From: Halobacteriales archaeon
Lineage (GTDB): Archaea; Halobacteriota; Halobacteria; Halobacteriales; SKSH01
Direction: 5' to 3'
Length of the DNA: 64,000 bases
Assembly: GCA_046543335.1 (NCBI GenBank)
Contig: JBKGZP010000002.1
Span: 27,629 to 91,628, forward strand
Below, one piece after another: positions 8,617 to 16,794 of this stretch. The notes below the pieces were generated by a model. It was not told the DNA's origin. It saw only the letters and a list, made by a program, of their open reading frames with translations, and searched no databases. The stretch's first letter is position 1. Each line of letters begins with the position of its first letter. A program made the position numbers and the translations under genes.

Positions 8617-9453
8617 TCAGCCGCCGAGCCGGCCGAGGATGAATGCGGCGAGCGCGAGGTACATCCCCACCTTGAGGCGGCGCTGGCCGGTCGCGGGGTC
8701 GCCGCGCCCGACGGCCCATCCGAGCGCCATGACCGCGATCGCGGGGGCGAGCCCGGCCAGGTACCAGATCCCGAACGTTCCGTCGAGGTAGGGCACCGGG
8801 CTCACGAGGCCACCGAGGGCGAGGGCGATGCCGGCGACGAGCCAGGCCCGGCGGACGCCGACGGCGACCGGCAGGGTGCGAAGCCCCTCCGACCGGTCGC
8901 CGGGGAGGTCCTCGATGTCCTTCACCACCTCCCGGGTGAACGTCGCGAACCCGGCGAGGGCGCCCAAGACCGCCGTCGAGGGGAGGTCACCCACGGCGGC
9001 ACCGCCGAACCAGATCGCGCTCGCGACGAGGGCCGCCACGACGGCGTTGCCGATCCCGGGTGTGCCCTTGAACACCTGCGTGTAGCTGACGAGCAGGACG
9101 AGGACGACGACCGCGATGGCGATGGCCTCGGTCGGCAACACGGCGACGGCGGTCGCGAAGGCGACCCCGAGGGCGACGACGGCGATGACGAGCGCGTCGG
9201 CGGGGCGCACCCGACCGGCGGGGATGGGTCGGTCCGGCCGGTTGATCGCGTCGATGTCGCGGTCGAAGTAGTCGTTGATGGCGTTGCCCGCCGCCGTCCC
9301 GAGCGCCGTGGCCGACGTCGCCACCGCGAGCTCGAGCGGTCTCGTCAACTCCGCGGCGACGTACGCGCCGACGACGGCCAACACCGCGGCCCCGACCACG
9401 TTGCCGGGGCGCGTCAACTGCACCAGGCCGCGAACCCGCCGGCGGGCGTCCAT
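8617..9453 (-). CDS. UbiA-family prenyltransferase, likely digeranylgeranylglyceryl phosphate (DGGGP) synthase
   Basis: NDYFDRDIDAINRPDRPIPAG (NDxxDxxxD motif), a second Asp-rich motif KDIEDLPGDR, and 7-8 TM segments. The start at MDARRRVRG (9453) has CCTAAATGG about 27 nt upstream. An alternative start lies at 9531. Confidence 0.8.
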   Translation of the reverse strand: MDARRRVRGLVQLTRPGNVVGAAVLAVVGAYVAAELTRPLELAVATSATALGTAAGNAINDYFDRDIDAINRPDRPIPAGRVRPADALVIAVVALGVAFATAVAVLPTEAIAIAVVVLVLLVSYTQVFKGTPGIGNAVVAALVASAIWFGGAAVGDLPSTAVLGALAGFATFTREVVKDIEDLPGDRSEGLRTLPVAVGVRRAWLVAGIALALGGLVSPVPYLDGTFGIWYLAGLAPAIAVMALGWAVGRGDPATGQRRLKVGMYLALAAFILGRLGG

Positions 9454-9514
9454 GGCGGCCAGGGCGGGCGCCGTCCATTTAGGTACACCCGATTCCGGTC
9501 GTCCACGACCGGGT

Positions 9515-9524
9515 GCGTTTATGG
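9515..9524 (+). promoter_or_regulatory. TATA-like box for tRNA-Arg
   Basis: GCGTTTATGG centred about 30 nt upstream of the tRNA 5' end, divergent from the UbiA promoter. Confidence 0.4.
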
Positions 9525-9549
9525 TACCCAACCGACTACGCCCGGCCGA

Positions 9550-9624
9550 GGGCGCTTAGCTCAGTCTGGACAGAGTGCCTGGCTTCGGACCAGGTTGTCG
9601 GGGGTTCAAATCCTCCAGCGCTCA
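9550..9624 (+). tRNA. tRNA-Arg (anticodon TCG)
   Basis: The cloverleaf is readable. Acceptor GGGCGCT/AGCGCTC has one G-U pair. D-arm is AGCTCAGTCTGGACAGAGT. The anticodon stem CCTGG/CCAGG carries loop CTTCGGA. T-arm is GGGGGTTCAAATCCTCC. The discriminator is A and no CCA is encoded. Confidence 0.9.
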
Positions 9625-9681
9625 TCGGACTGGTTATTGCCTTTCGACTTAAATACAAAGAGGTGACCAAGTGCTGTTGCA

Positions 9682-9935
9682 GTGGGCCGAGATAACGTTC
9701 GGACGGCGGTCACCGGCATCGAGCTGACTGCCTCCCAGAAAGCCCTGCTTGATGACACGATCGCGGATTGGATCTGCGGATGTCAGCGTGTCGCTGACGT
9801 TGGTTGGGATTCAGATCTCACGGCCCGAAGCGAACTGCAGCAAGCGCTCTACAGCCGGATTCGAGACGAGACACGACCCTCGAGTGAGCATACGTGGTTA
9901 GCATCCGCGAGGCATCGGATGCGCTCGTGAGCGTC
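9682..9935 (+). mobile_element. IS200/IS605-family (IS1341-group) TnpB N-terminal remnant, frameshifted and truncated
   Basis: NVRTAVTGIELTASQKALLDDTIADWICGCQRVADVGWDSDLTARSELQQALYSRIRDET matches the N-terminal pattern of haloarchaeal TnpB/OrfB (RTAV..LT..Q..LLD.TI....GCQ.A.D.GW.....LQ.LAY..VR..T). The match continues in another frame (SIREASDALVSV) and then stops. No RuvC or Zn-finger part is present. Confidence 0.65.
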
Positions 9936-9936
9936 C

Positions 9937-10335
9937 ATGAACGACGCAGGCGCGTTCGTCTGCTCGCAGGAGGCAGGCGGCGACATGATCGAGACCGGCG
10001 GTGGGACGAGCATCTTCACCGGGGCGACCTCGGCGGTGCGCAGCCTTGGCGGCGAGATTGGCTTCACCGCGGCAAAGTTCGCCGCCAGATGGATGGCAAT
10101 GTACATGGCCCAGGGGTTCGGCCCCAGGGGGGTCCACGTCTCCCACGTCGACATCGATGGCAAGATCGGCACGCCGGACGTCAGGAAGCGGTTCCCCGAC
10201 CTCGGGGGTGCCACATTCCTCGACCCTGACGAGCTTGCGGGGACCTACTGGTACCCGATCGAACGCGACGATCCCAGCACGCAGCCGTTCGAGGTGCACG
10301 TGACGAACGGGCCGCGGAACTCGGAGTTCGATTGA
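9937..10335 (+). pseudogene. short-chain dehydrogenase/reductase (SDR) C-terminal fragment
   Basis: GGGTSIFTGATSAVRSLGGEIGFTAAKFAARWMAMYMAQGFGPRGVHVSHVDIDGKIGTP corresponds to the SDR central and C-terminal part. The N-terminal Rossmann TGxxxGxG region is absent and is replaced by the TnpB remnant. Confidence 0.65.
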
Positions 10336-10362
10336 GGGCCCGTCGGGGTCGGACTGCCTACG

Positions 10363-10713
10363 TTAGGTCGTCAGTGTGTGAGCCGGCACCGCGTATGGTC
10401 GGCCTCGGTGGCGTCGGGCGGTGAGCGACCACGGGGCTCGAGGCACCGGCGGCCTCCGCCAGCCCGACGGCGATGAACGCCGCCCCGGGGCCACCGACGC
10501 CGTCGCAGACGCCGACCCCCCACCGGTGCGGGCGTAGCCGTCAACCATCAGCGCGGCACTCACCTCCGAGCGGGCGAGGACGTGGCGGACGTCGCTGTCG
10601 ACCAGGCTCGCGTAGTAGGCCTCCATCTCCTCGCGCGAGACGCCGACGACGTGATCGATGCCCCACCGCTCGAGCAGGGCCACGAGGGTGTCCGCCGCGA
10701 TCACGGTCGCCAC
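10363..10713 (-). pseudogene. thiamine-pyrophosphate enzyme (acetolactate-synthase-like) N-terminal fragment with frameshift
   Basis: MATVIAADTLVALLERWGIDHVVGV...VRHVLARSEVSAALMVDGYARTGG. After a C6/G6 homopolymer (10516-10521) homology continues in another frame (GVGVCDGVGGPGAAFIAVGLAEAAGASSPVV). It is then lost, so only about 100 of roughly 550 residues remain. Confidence 0.65.
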
Positions 10714-10860
10714 CCACCCGCGTTCCGGATTCGCATGACAGGCGCGTCACGAGGCCGTGGGTAACCTCTTCGTATCCACGCAACGACACCCCCGCCTGCC
10801 CGCCGGTCCATCCCGACGCGTGAGGCCAACTTAACTGGCTGGCGGTCCTACGTCCGACCC

Positions 10861-11325
10861 ATGAGCCTGGACGTGGATCCTCCGGCCCCGCCGGACCTCA
10901 CCAACCGCGGTCCCCCCGAGGGATACGACCTGGAGGAGGGGACCACCGCCGTCGGGGAGTTCCGCCGGGCCGAGCTCGAGGAGGTCCTCCTCGATGGCGC
11001 GTGGAACGAGGCGTTCCGGGAGTGGGCTGCGTACACCGACCTCACCGACGAGCAGTACGAGCGGGCGCGCGAGGCGAACCTCATCGACGACCTCGACCTC
11101 TACTGGGACCCCACGGAGGAGCGCCTCCGGTTCGACCTCCCCTCGCTGCCACCGGCGCTCGCCGCCGACTCGCACCTCGCCACCGTGTTGCGCGTCGAGC
11201 TGTCCGACCTCGGCGACACCCTCGTCGACATCGCCGAGCGGGGGTACCTCGACTGGGGCGACGGCGAGCCCATCGACACCTGGACCGAGGCGCACTTCGA
11301 GGAGGAGCTCCCGCCGGAGGAGTGA
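10861..11325 (+). CDS. acidic hypothetical protein
   Basis: 154 aa, strongly acidic, good codon pattern. TATA-like AACTTAACTGG lies about 30 nt upstream of the ATG. Confidence 0.65.
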   Translation: MSLDVDPPAPPDLTNRGPPEGYDLEEGTTAVGEFRRAELEEVLLDGAWNEAFREWAAYTDLTDEQYERAREANLIDDLDLYWDPTEERLRFDLPSLPPALAADSHLATVLRVELSDLGDTLVDIAERGYLDWGDGEPIDTWTEAHFEEELPPEE

Positions 11326-11332
11326 GCTCGCC

Positions 11333-11773
11333 TCACGCCTCCCATGTCGCGACGTCCGACGACCAGACGAACTCCTCGAGGCGCTGTTGCGTCAGCTCGA
11401 GCACCCGCTGGCAGTACTCCCAGAGGGCCTCGTCGAGGCGCTGGCGGGTCTCCTCGTCGACGTCGTCGCCGCCGGGATACGCCGGGCTGGGGACCTGCGG
11501 GTGGGCCGTGCAGACCACGCGCGGGGCGCTCTCCTCGTCGATGGTCCCCGCCGCCACGATGGCGTACTCGTCGGTCCCCCACAGGCCACGACCCTCCTCC
11601 CGGCTCAGCCGGGAGTCGATGCGGTCGAGCTGGCGCACCTCCTCGTCGGTGAGGAGCGGGTCCGATCCCTCGAAGAGCTCCTCGAACGCCTCGGCTCTGG
11701 CCACGTAGATCCACTCGTCGAGCCGGTCGCGCACCGCCGCGAGGAGCGCACGCTCGTTCGCAAAGTCGGCCAT
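11333..11773 (-). CDS. acidic hypothetical protein
   Basis: Start chosen at MADFANERALL (ATG 11773). The track ORF extends to 11815. It is convergent with the previous gene, 7 nt apart. Confidence 0.6.
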   Translation of the reverse strand: MADFANERALLAAVRDRLDEWIYVARAEAFEELFEGSDPLLTDEEVRQLDRIDSRLSREEGRGLWGTDEYAIVAAGTIDEESAPRVVCTAHPQVPSPAYPGGDDVDEETRQRLDEALWEYCQRVLELTQQRLEEFVWSSDVATWEA

Positions 11774-11831
11774 GTGGACCGCTTGGGCACGGCTGACTTT
11801 GAACGTTCGCCGCACGCGGTGGCAAGACGCC

Positions 11832-13223
11832 TCAACGCTCGTGGACGGTCACCCAGACGGGGTTCGCGGGGCGCGTCGTGACGGTCATCTCCAGCTCGAA
11901 GTCCGTGTCCGGGCAGAGCTCGAGGTGGTGCGACTGCAGGATCGTCGCGAGGACGGTCGTCGCGGTCATCCGGGAGAACCGGTCGCCGATGCACCGCCGG
12001 GGCCCCGCCGAGAAGGGGAAGTACGCCAGCTTCGGGAGCGCCGAGCGGAAGTCCTCCGTCCACCGGTCCGGACGGAACGCGAGGGGGTCGTCGTACCATC
12101 GCGGATCGCGGTGGACGACCCACTGCGGCAGGGAGACGTTGGCACCGGCGGGGATCTCGTACCCGCCGATCTCGACGTCCTCGGTCGCCTCTCGGAAGAA
12201 GCGACTCACCGGTGGGTACAGGCGCATCGACTCGGTGAGGACCCGATCCGCGTGGCCGAGCTCGTCGGCCGTCTCGGCCGACGGGGGAGCCCCGTCGAGG
12301 ACGCGATCGAACTCCTCGAGGAGCTGGCGCTCGACGCGGGGGTGGGTGGCGAGGAGGTACCAGGAGTACGTGAGGCTCAACGCGGTGGTCTCGTGCCCGG
12401 CGAGGAGGAACGTCATCACCTGGTCGCGCAACTCGGTCGCGCTCAGGGCCTCGCCGTCGTCGTCCCGGACCGCGAGCAGGCGCGACACCATGTCGTCCGC
12501 CGTCGGGTCTGGCGCGCGCTCCGTGATGATGCGGTGAACGACGGCGTCGAGCTCCTCGATGGCCCGGTTGAACTCGCGGTTGCTCGGCGTCGGCAGCCAC
12601 GAGGGGAGGAGCTGGTACTTGATCGTGTCCACGTGCGAGAGGATCGTATCGAGGTTGCGGCCGATGGCGTCGATGTCGCGCTCGAGGTCGACGCCAAGCA
12701 GCGTCGCGGTGATCACCCGCAGCATCAGCGCCATCATCTCCTCGTGGATGTCGACGCGCTGGCCGTCGTCCCAGGCGGCCGTGACCTGCTCGACGCTTCG
12801 GACCACGGCCGATCGGTTGCGCCGGATCTGGTCCGGGTGAAACAGCGGCTGGATCAGTCGGCGCTGGCGCCGCCAGGTCTCGCCCTCGCTGTTGAGCAGG
12901 CCATCGCCGAGGAAGGAACCGATCACCTCCTGGAAGAAGTCGCCCTTGACGAACTTCTCGTTCTCGTGGACGAGGACGTACTCGATGTACTCCGGATGGT
13001 AGAGGTCGTAGATGGGGCGGTTGACGAACTCCCAGTAGACGACGTCGCCGTACCTCCGGGCGTTCTCCGTCCGGAAGGCGAACGGCCGGCGACGCTCCTC
13101 GAGGGCGTTGCCGACGACGGGGAGTCCGTCCGGTCCCGGTGGCGAGTCCCGGGAGGTATCGGCGGTCATCGGACGGTCCGACCCCCCGCCGCCCGTCCGT
13201 TCCTCGGGTGTGCGCGGCTCCAT
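11832..13223 (-). CDS. cytochrome P450
   Basis: Heme-thiolate loop FSAGPRRCIGDRFS, EXXR (ESMR), I-helix LLAGHETT. An alternative start lies at M19 (13169). Confidence 0.9.
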   Translation of the reverse strand: MEPRTPEERTGGGGSDRPMTADTSRDSPPGPDGLPVVGNALEERRRPFAFRTENARRYGDVVYWEFVNRPIYDLYHPEYIEYVLVHENEKFVKGDFFQEVIGSFLGDGLLNSEGETWRRQRRLIQPLFHPDQIRRNRSAVVRSVEQVTAAWDDGQRVDIHEEMMALMLRVITATLLGVDLERDIDAIGRNLDTILSHVDTIKYQLLPSWLPTPSNREFNRAIEELDAVVHRIITERAPDPTADDMVSRLLAVRDDDGEALSATELRDQVMTFLLAGHETTALSLTYSWYLLATHPRVERQLLEEFDRVLDGAPPSAETADELGHADRVLTESMRLYPPVSRFFREATEDVEIGGYEIPAGANVSLPQWVVHRDPRWYDDPLAFRPDRWTEDFRSALPKLAYFPFSAGPRRCIGDRFSRMTATTVLATILQSHHLELCPDTDFELEMTVTTRPANPVWVTVHER

Positions 13224-13349
13224 CCCATGGCGGTGTCGACCGACGTTCGGGGTGTCCTCCGCTGCTCCCTATAGTCCTTTCGCTGATAGTTCCACCCGCC
13301 TCGACTCGTCCACGTCCCCCGGAACACGTTTCGAGGGGACCTTCGAGGT

Positions 13350-13685
13350 TCACAGCGCGACGGACAGGTGGTCCTTCGAGATGGCGTTCCTGACCGTCAC
13401 CAGCGGGTCGACGACCTGACTGATCTCGAGGTCCGCCACCAGGCTCGAGAACATGTACGCGTCGGTGAAGTCGAGGTCGTGCTGCCGGCCGATCAGCCGG
13501 AGCAGGTCCTCGTTGGCGAGCCGACAGGCCTCCTCGAGCGTGGGTGCACTGGCGACCGTCTTCCACGCCGCGTCGGTCTCGATCAGGGGACGCGCGAGCG
13601 AGACGGTCGGATCCTTGACGAGGTCGATCGACACTTCGACGCCGCAGGTGACCACCTCGAGGGTCATCACGTCCTCGACGAGCAT
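13350..13685 (-). pseudogene. acetamidase/formamidase family C-terminal remnant (about 110 aa)
   Basis: ...TLEEACRLANEDLLRLIGRQHDLDFTDAYMFSSLVADLEISQVVDPLVTVRNAISKDHL matches the family's C-terminal pattern (AY.L.S...DL.IS.VVD). The catalytic N-terminal two-thirds are absent, and the space upstream is occupied by the glyoxalase gene on the other strand. Confidence 0.5.
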
Positions 13686-13789
13686 GCGCCGCCGTATACC
13701 CCGGCGTGGCGTAACCGGTGGTCGGGTCACCCCACCGACGGGCGCAGTCGGTGGCCCTTTAGCCGCCGGCCGTGGAGGGTTCCGCACCC

Positions 13790-14578
13790 ATGGACGGGAC
13801 ACTCGACCACGTGATGCTGCGCGTCGCGGACCTCGATCGCTCGCTCGAGTGGTACGACCGACACCTCGGGTACGAGGAGCTGGACCGGTACGAGGGCGAC
13901 GGCTTCACCATCGCCTACCTGGGCCCCGAGGGCCGCCACCCGGACGGCGCGATGCTCGAGCTGACGCACAACGAGGGCGAGACGCCCACCGTCGGCGACG
14001 CGTGGGGTCACGTCGCGGTGCGGGTCCCGACCGGCGAGCTCGAGGTGGCGTACGAGGGGCTCGTCTCCAGCGGAGTGCCGGACTATCGAGACCCCGCCTC
14101 CTGCGGCGGGAACTACGCCTTCGTGAAGGATCCCGACGACCACGAGATCGAACTGGTCCAGCGCGACCACGGCGCCCGCTGGAGCCTCGATCACACCATG
14201 GTCCGCGTCGAGGACGCCGACCGCGCGCTCGGCTTCTGGGTGCGCAAGTTCGGGTACGAGGCCGTCGGTCGCTGGGAGGCGGACACCTTCGCCAACTACT
14301 TCGTCAGACCCCCGGATGCCCCTCCAGAGGCGATGGCCGTCGAGCTGACTTACAACTACGACGGACGAACCTACGACCACGGCGACGCCTGGGGACACCT
14401 CTGCGTCCGGGCTGATGACCTCGCGGAGGACTGGGCGACGCTGTTGACCCGCGAGGCAGAGGACCACCGCGACCCCGCGAGCAACGACCACCGCTACGCG
14501 TTCACCCGCGACCCCGACGGCCACGAGATCGAGCTGCTCGAGCGCGATCCCGAGGCTCCGTCGCTGTTTCCCTTCTGA
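13790..14578 (+). CDS. two-domain VOC-family protein (glyoxalase I / lactoylglutathione lyase-like)
   Basis: Two repeats of LDH[VT]M[LV]RV.D.DR[SA]L.[WF][YW]...GHEIEL. CCCTTTAGCC lies about 30 nt upstream of the ATG at 13790 (track start 13772). Confidence 0.8.
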   Translation: MDGTLDHVMLRVADLDRSLEWYDRHLGYEELDRYEGDGFTIAYLGPEGRHPDGAMLELTHNEGETPTVGDAWGHVAVRVPTGELEVAYEGLVSSGVPDYRDPASCGGNYAFVKDPDDHEIELVQRDHGARWSLDHTMVRVEDADRALGFWVRKFGYEAVGRWEADTFANYFVRPPDAPPEAMAVELTYNYDGRTYDHGDAWGHLCVRADDLAEDWATLLTREAEDHRDPASNDHRYAFTRDPDGHEIELLERDPEAPSLFPF

Positions 14579-14585
14579 GCCTCGC

Positions 14586-15398
14586 TCAGGCGACCACGCG
14601 CACGAGCGTGTACTCGACGCGGACGGCGTTGTCGGCGAACCAGTCCTCCAGGCGCTCGATGGCCGCGCGCCGGAGGTGCTGGCGTCGCTCCGGGTCGTGC
14701 AGGCCGCGGATCGCCGGCGCCAGCGGCCCGGACTCCTCGGCGAACTCTCGCCAGAAGTGCCCCGGCGAGACGTATCGAAACGACGCGATGCGACGCTGGA
14801 AGGTCGGGTCGACACCGTCCCCCAGGCGCTCGCGGACGTACGAGGGGTCGCCCCAGTCGAGGAACGACCACGGATCCGAATCGTCGCCATCGAGGTGGTC
14901 CCCGAGGACCGCGGCCAGGTCGCCCACGAGGCCGCCCGGCGACCAGGCGGTGAACGCGACGCGACCGCCCGAGCCGACGGCTCGAAGCAACTCCTCGGTC
15001 GCCGCCGTCACGTCGGGTGCGAAGATGTGCCCGAAGTTGGACAGCGCCACGTCGAACGTGGCGTCGCCCACGGGCAGCGACCCGGCGTCGGCGACCGACC
15101 AGGCCACGTCCGAATCGCCCGCCAGTGCGGCGTTCGATCGCGCGAAGCGGACCATGTCGTCGGCGATGTCGACGCCCATGATCGACGCGCCGCGCCTGGC
15201 GGCGGTGATCGCCACGTTCCCGGTCCCGCACCCGACGTCGAGCACGGCGTCCTCGCCGTCGACCCCGGCGGCATCGACGAGGTGGGCGGTCGCGGGCAGC
15301 AGGTTCGGCGCCAGCGAGGGGTACCGCCCCGCGGACCACGCCCGGCGGATCGCCCGGGTGCGTGCGTCCGGGTCTCCCACCATGGCGCGGGTGGTCAC
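14586..15398 (-). CDS. class I SAM-dependent methyltransferase
   Basis: Motif I VLDVGCGTGNVA, post-I GVDIADDMV, and FDVALSNFG. The GTG at 15398 overlaps the upstream stop (GTGA). An alternative ATG lies at 15383. Confidence 0.8.
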   Translation of the reverse strand: MTTRAMVGDPDARTRAIRRAWSAGRYPSLAPNLLPATAHLVDAAGVDGEDAVLDVGCGTGNVAITAARRGASIMGVDIADDMVRFARSNAALAGDSDVAWSVADAGSLPVGDATFDVALSNFGHIFAPDVTAATEELLRAVGSGGRVAFTAWSPGGLVGDLAAVLGDHLDGDDSDPWSFLDWGDPSYVRERLGDGVDPTFQRRIASFRYVSPGHFWREFAEESGPLAPAIRGLHDPERRQHLRRAAIERLEDWFADNAVRVEYTLVRVVA

Positions 15399-16042
15399 TC
15401 GAGGCCGCCGACGCCGGCGTCGGCCTCGGGGAGGTCGTTCGGGACCACCTCGAGGCCGAGGTCCTCGATCGCCTGGCGGAGGTGCTCGTCCTTCGCGTAC
15501 TCCGCGCCGTCGGCCTCGCGCAGCGCCTGCGCCCGGGCCAGGACCTCGCCACGGCGGTCCGCCGGCAGCTCGTACTTGTCGGCGGAGAGCTCGATGACGA
15601 GGCCGTTGTTGTCGTGGGTGTAGATCGAGTGGAAGATGCCCCGGTCGAAGACGTTGTAGCCCCTGCCGCGGTCCTCGAGGGCGGCCATGATGTCGCGGTA
15701 GTCCGCCGCGTCGACGCTGAAGCAGAGGTGGTGGACCGCGCCGACGCCGCCGCGCTGGGGGCCGCGGTGCGAGGGCCGATCGTCGCTCACGAAGAACGTC
15801 AAGATCCGTCCGTCACCGGTGTCGAAGAACAGGTGCGTCTGGGACGGGTCGTCGAGGTTCGGCTGTCGCAGCACCAGCGGCATCCCGAGGAGGTCGCGGT
15901 AGAACGCGACGGTGTCCGCCTCGTTGCTCCCCCAGACGGTGACGTGATCGGTGCCGGTCGTGTGCACGGGGCTGTCCGGAGGGCTCGCGGTGACCGGTTC
16001 GGGCTCGGACGACATGCCCGTCGATTGCCCCCTCGAGGGCAA
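15395..16042 (-). CDS. VOC-family protein (glyoxalase/bleomycin resistance/dioxygenase fold)
   Basis: DHVTVWGSNEADTVAFYRDLLGMPLV...HHLCFSV...GLVIEL. An alternative start lies at MSSEPEP (16015). Confidence 0.75.
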   Translation of the reverse strand: MPSRGQSTGMSSEPEPVTASPPDSPVHTTGTDHVTVWGSNEADTVAFYRDLLGMPLVLRQPNLDDPSQTHLFFDTGDGRILTFFVSDDRPSHRGPQRGGVGAVHHLCFSVDAADYRDIMAALEDRGRGYNVFDRGIFHSIYTHDNNGLVIELSADKYELPADRRGEVLARAQALREADGAEYAKDEHLRQAIEDLGLEVVPNDLPEADAGVGGLE

Positions 16043-16064
16043 ATACCTGTGGTCGGTCGACCGG

Positions 16065-16685
16065 TCACCGCACCAGATACTGCTCGTCAGAGACGTTGAG
16101 CCGCGTGAGATCGGCGGTCTGGCGGTAGTCAGCGGCGAGCACGCCCACGAGGGTCTCGCGAAGCGTCTCGGCCTCGTCGTCGGTCCACGTCGTCGGCTCG
16201 CGGATCGGGATCACGAGGAACCCGCTGCCGGCGACCTCCTCGGCGTGGCCGGCGCCGGGATCGGCCTCGAACTTGGCCGCCTTCGCGGTGTACGTCTCGA
16301 GGACGTGGCGGATGGCGCGGTCGCCGACGGGGAGCAACACGTGGGCGGCGATCGCCCGCAACTCGGCGTCGAAGAAGCGCTCGAGGTCGTCGTACGCCGC
16401 GTCCGTCGGGTCCCGGTCTCCAGTCGGACAGCAGAGGTGGAGGTAGCTCATGAAGAGGTTCCTCGGCCGCGGCAGGTCGTCGGCGTCGAGGTCGATCAGG
16501 CCGACCGACTCGAGGACCGCCAGCAGCCGCTCGCTGGCCTCGGCGCCCGTGAACGGGACGCCGGTCTCGACGCCGCCGTGGACCCCCGGGTGGTCGCCGA
16601 CGAGGTGGAAGTCGGCGTTGGCGTCGCCGTAGCCGAAGACGGCGGGGACGTCGGTCGAACAGGGCTGCCGGCACGGCGGTCGCAT
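16065..16685 (-). CDS. uracil-DNA glycosylase superfamily protein (family 4/5-like variant)
   Basis: Starts at MRPPCRQPC. It has LVGDHPGVHGGVETGVPFTG where family 4 has GE[AG]PG...G.PF.G, plus four Cys (C5, C9, CC in LHLCCP). The remainder of track ORF 16065..18821 is spurious. Confidence 0.65.
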   Translation of the reverse strand: MRPPCRQPCSTDVPAVFGYGDANADFHLVGDHPGVHGGVETGVPFTGAEASERLLAVLESVGLIDLDADDLPRPRNLFMSYLHLCCPTGDRDPTDAAYDDLERFFDAELRAIAAHVLLPVGDRAIRHVLETYTAKAAKFEADPGAGHAEEVAGSGFLVIPIREPTTWTDDEAETLRETLVGVLAADYRQTADLTRLNVSDEQYLVR

Positions 16686-16745
16686 GCCGAATGGGTTCGA
16701 CCGTCGATCCGTGATCGTCCGCACACCCGCTGGTGGACGAGGTGA

Positions 16746-16773
16746 CGACAAAACCGCGGCGGTTTCGACCGCC
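16746..16773 (-). terminator. hairpin plus U-run downstream of trxA
   Basis: The minus strand reads GGCGGU-CGAA-ACCGCC followed by GCGGUUUUG, 20-50 nt after the trxA stop. Confidence 0.35.
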
Positions 16774-16794
16774 GTCGGGGCGGCCTCGGTACGC

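Noticed and set aside
9513-9695. 60-aa ORF overlapping the tRNA
   Set aside because: It reads straight through the tRNA-Arg gene. Spurious.
9625-10356. 8-bp direct repeat TCGGACTG at 9625-9632 (first bases after the tRNA) and 10349-10356 (just after the SDR fragment stop)
   Set aside because: Its position as a bracket of the TnpB/SDR debris is tempting. However, an 8-mer is expected to recur by chance about once or twice in 64 kb, IS200/IS605 elements do not make target duplications, and it does not overlap the tRNA 3' end as an att site would.
11605-13566. 653-aa minus-strand ORF and the 500-aa plus-strand ORF 11772..13274
   Set aside because: Both are off-frame or antisense overlaps of the P450 gene, whose heme-binding loop identifies the true frame. 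Their products are Arg/Pro/Gly-rich.
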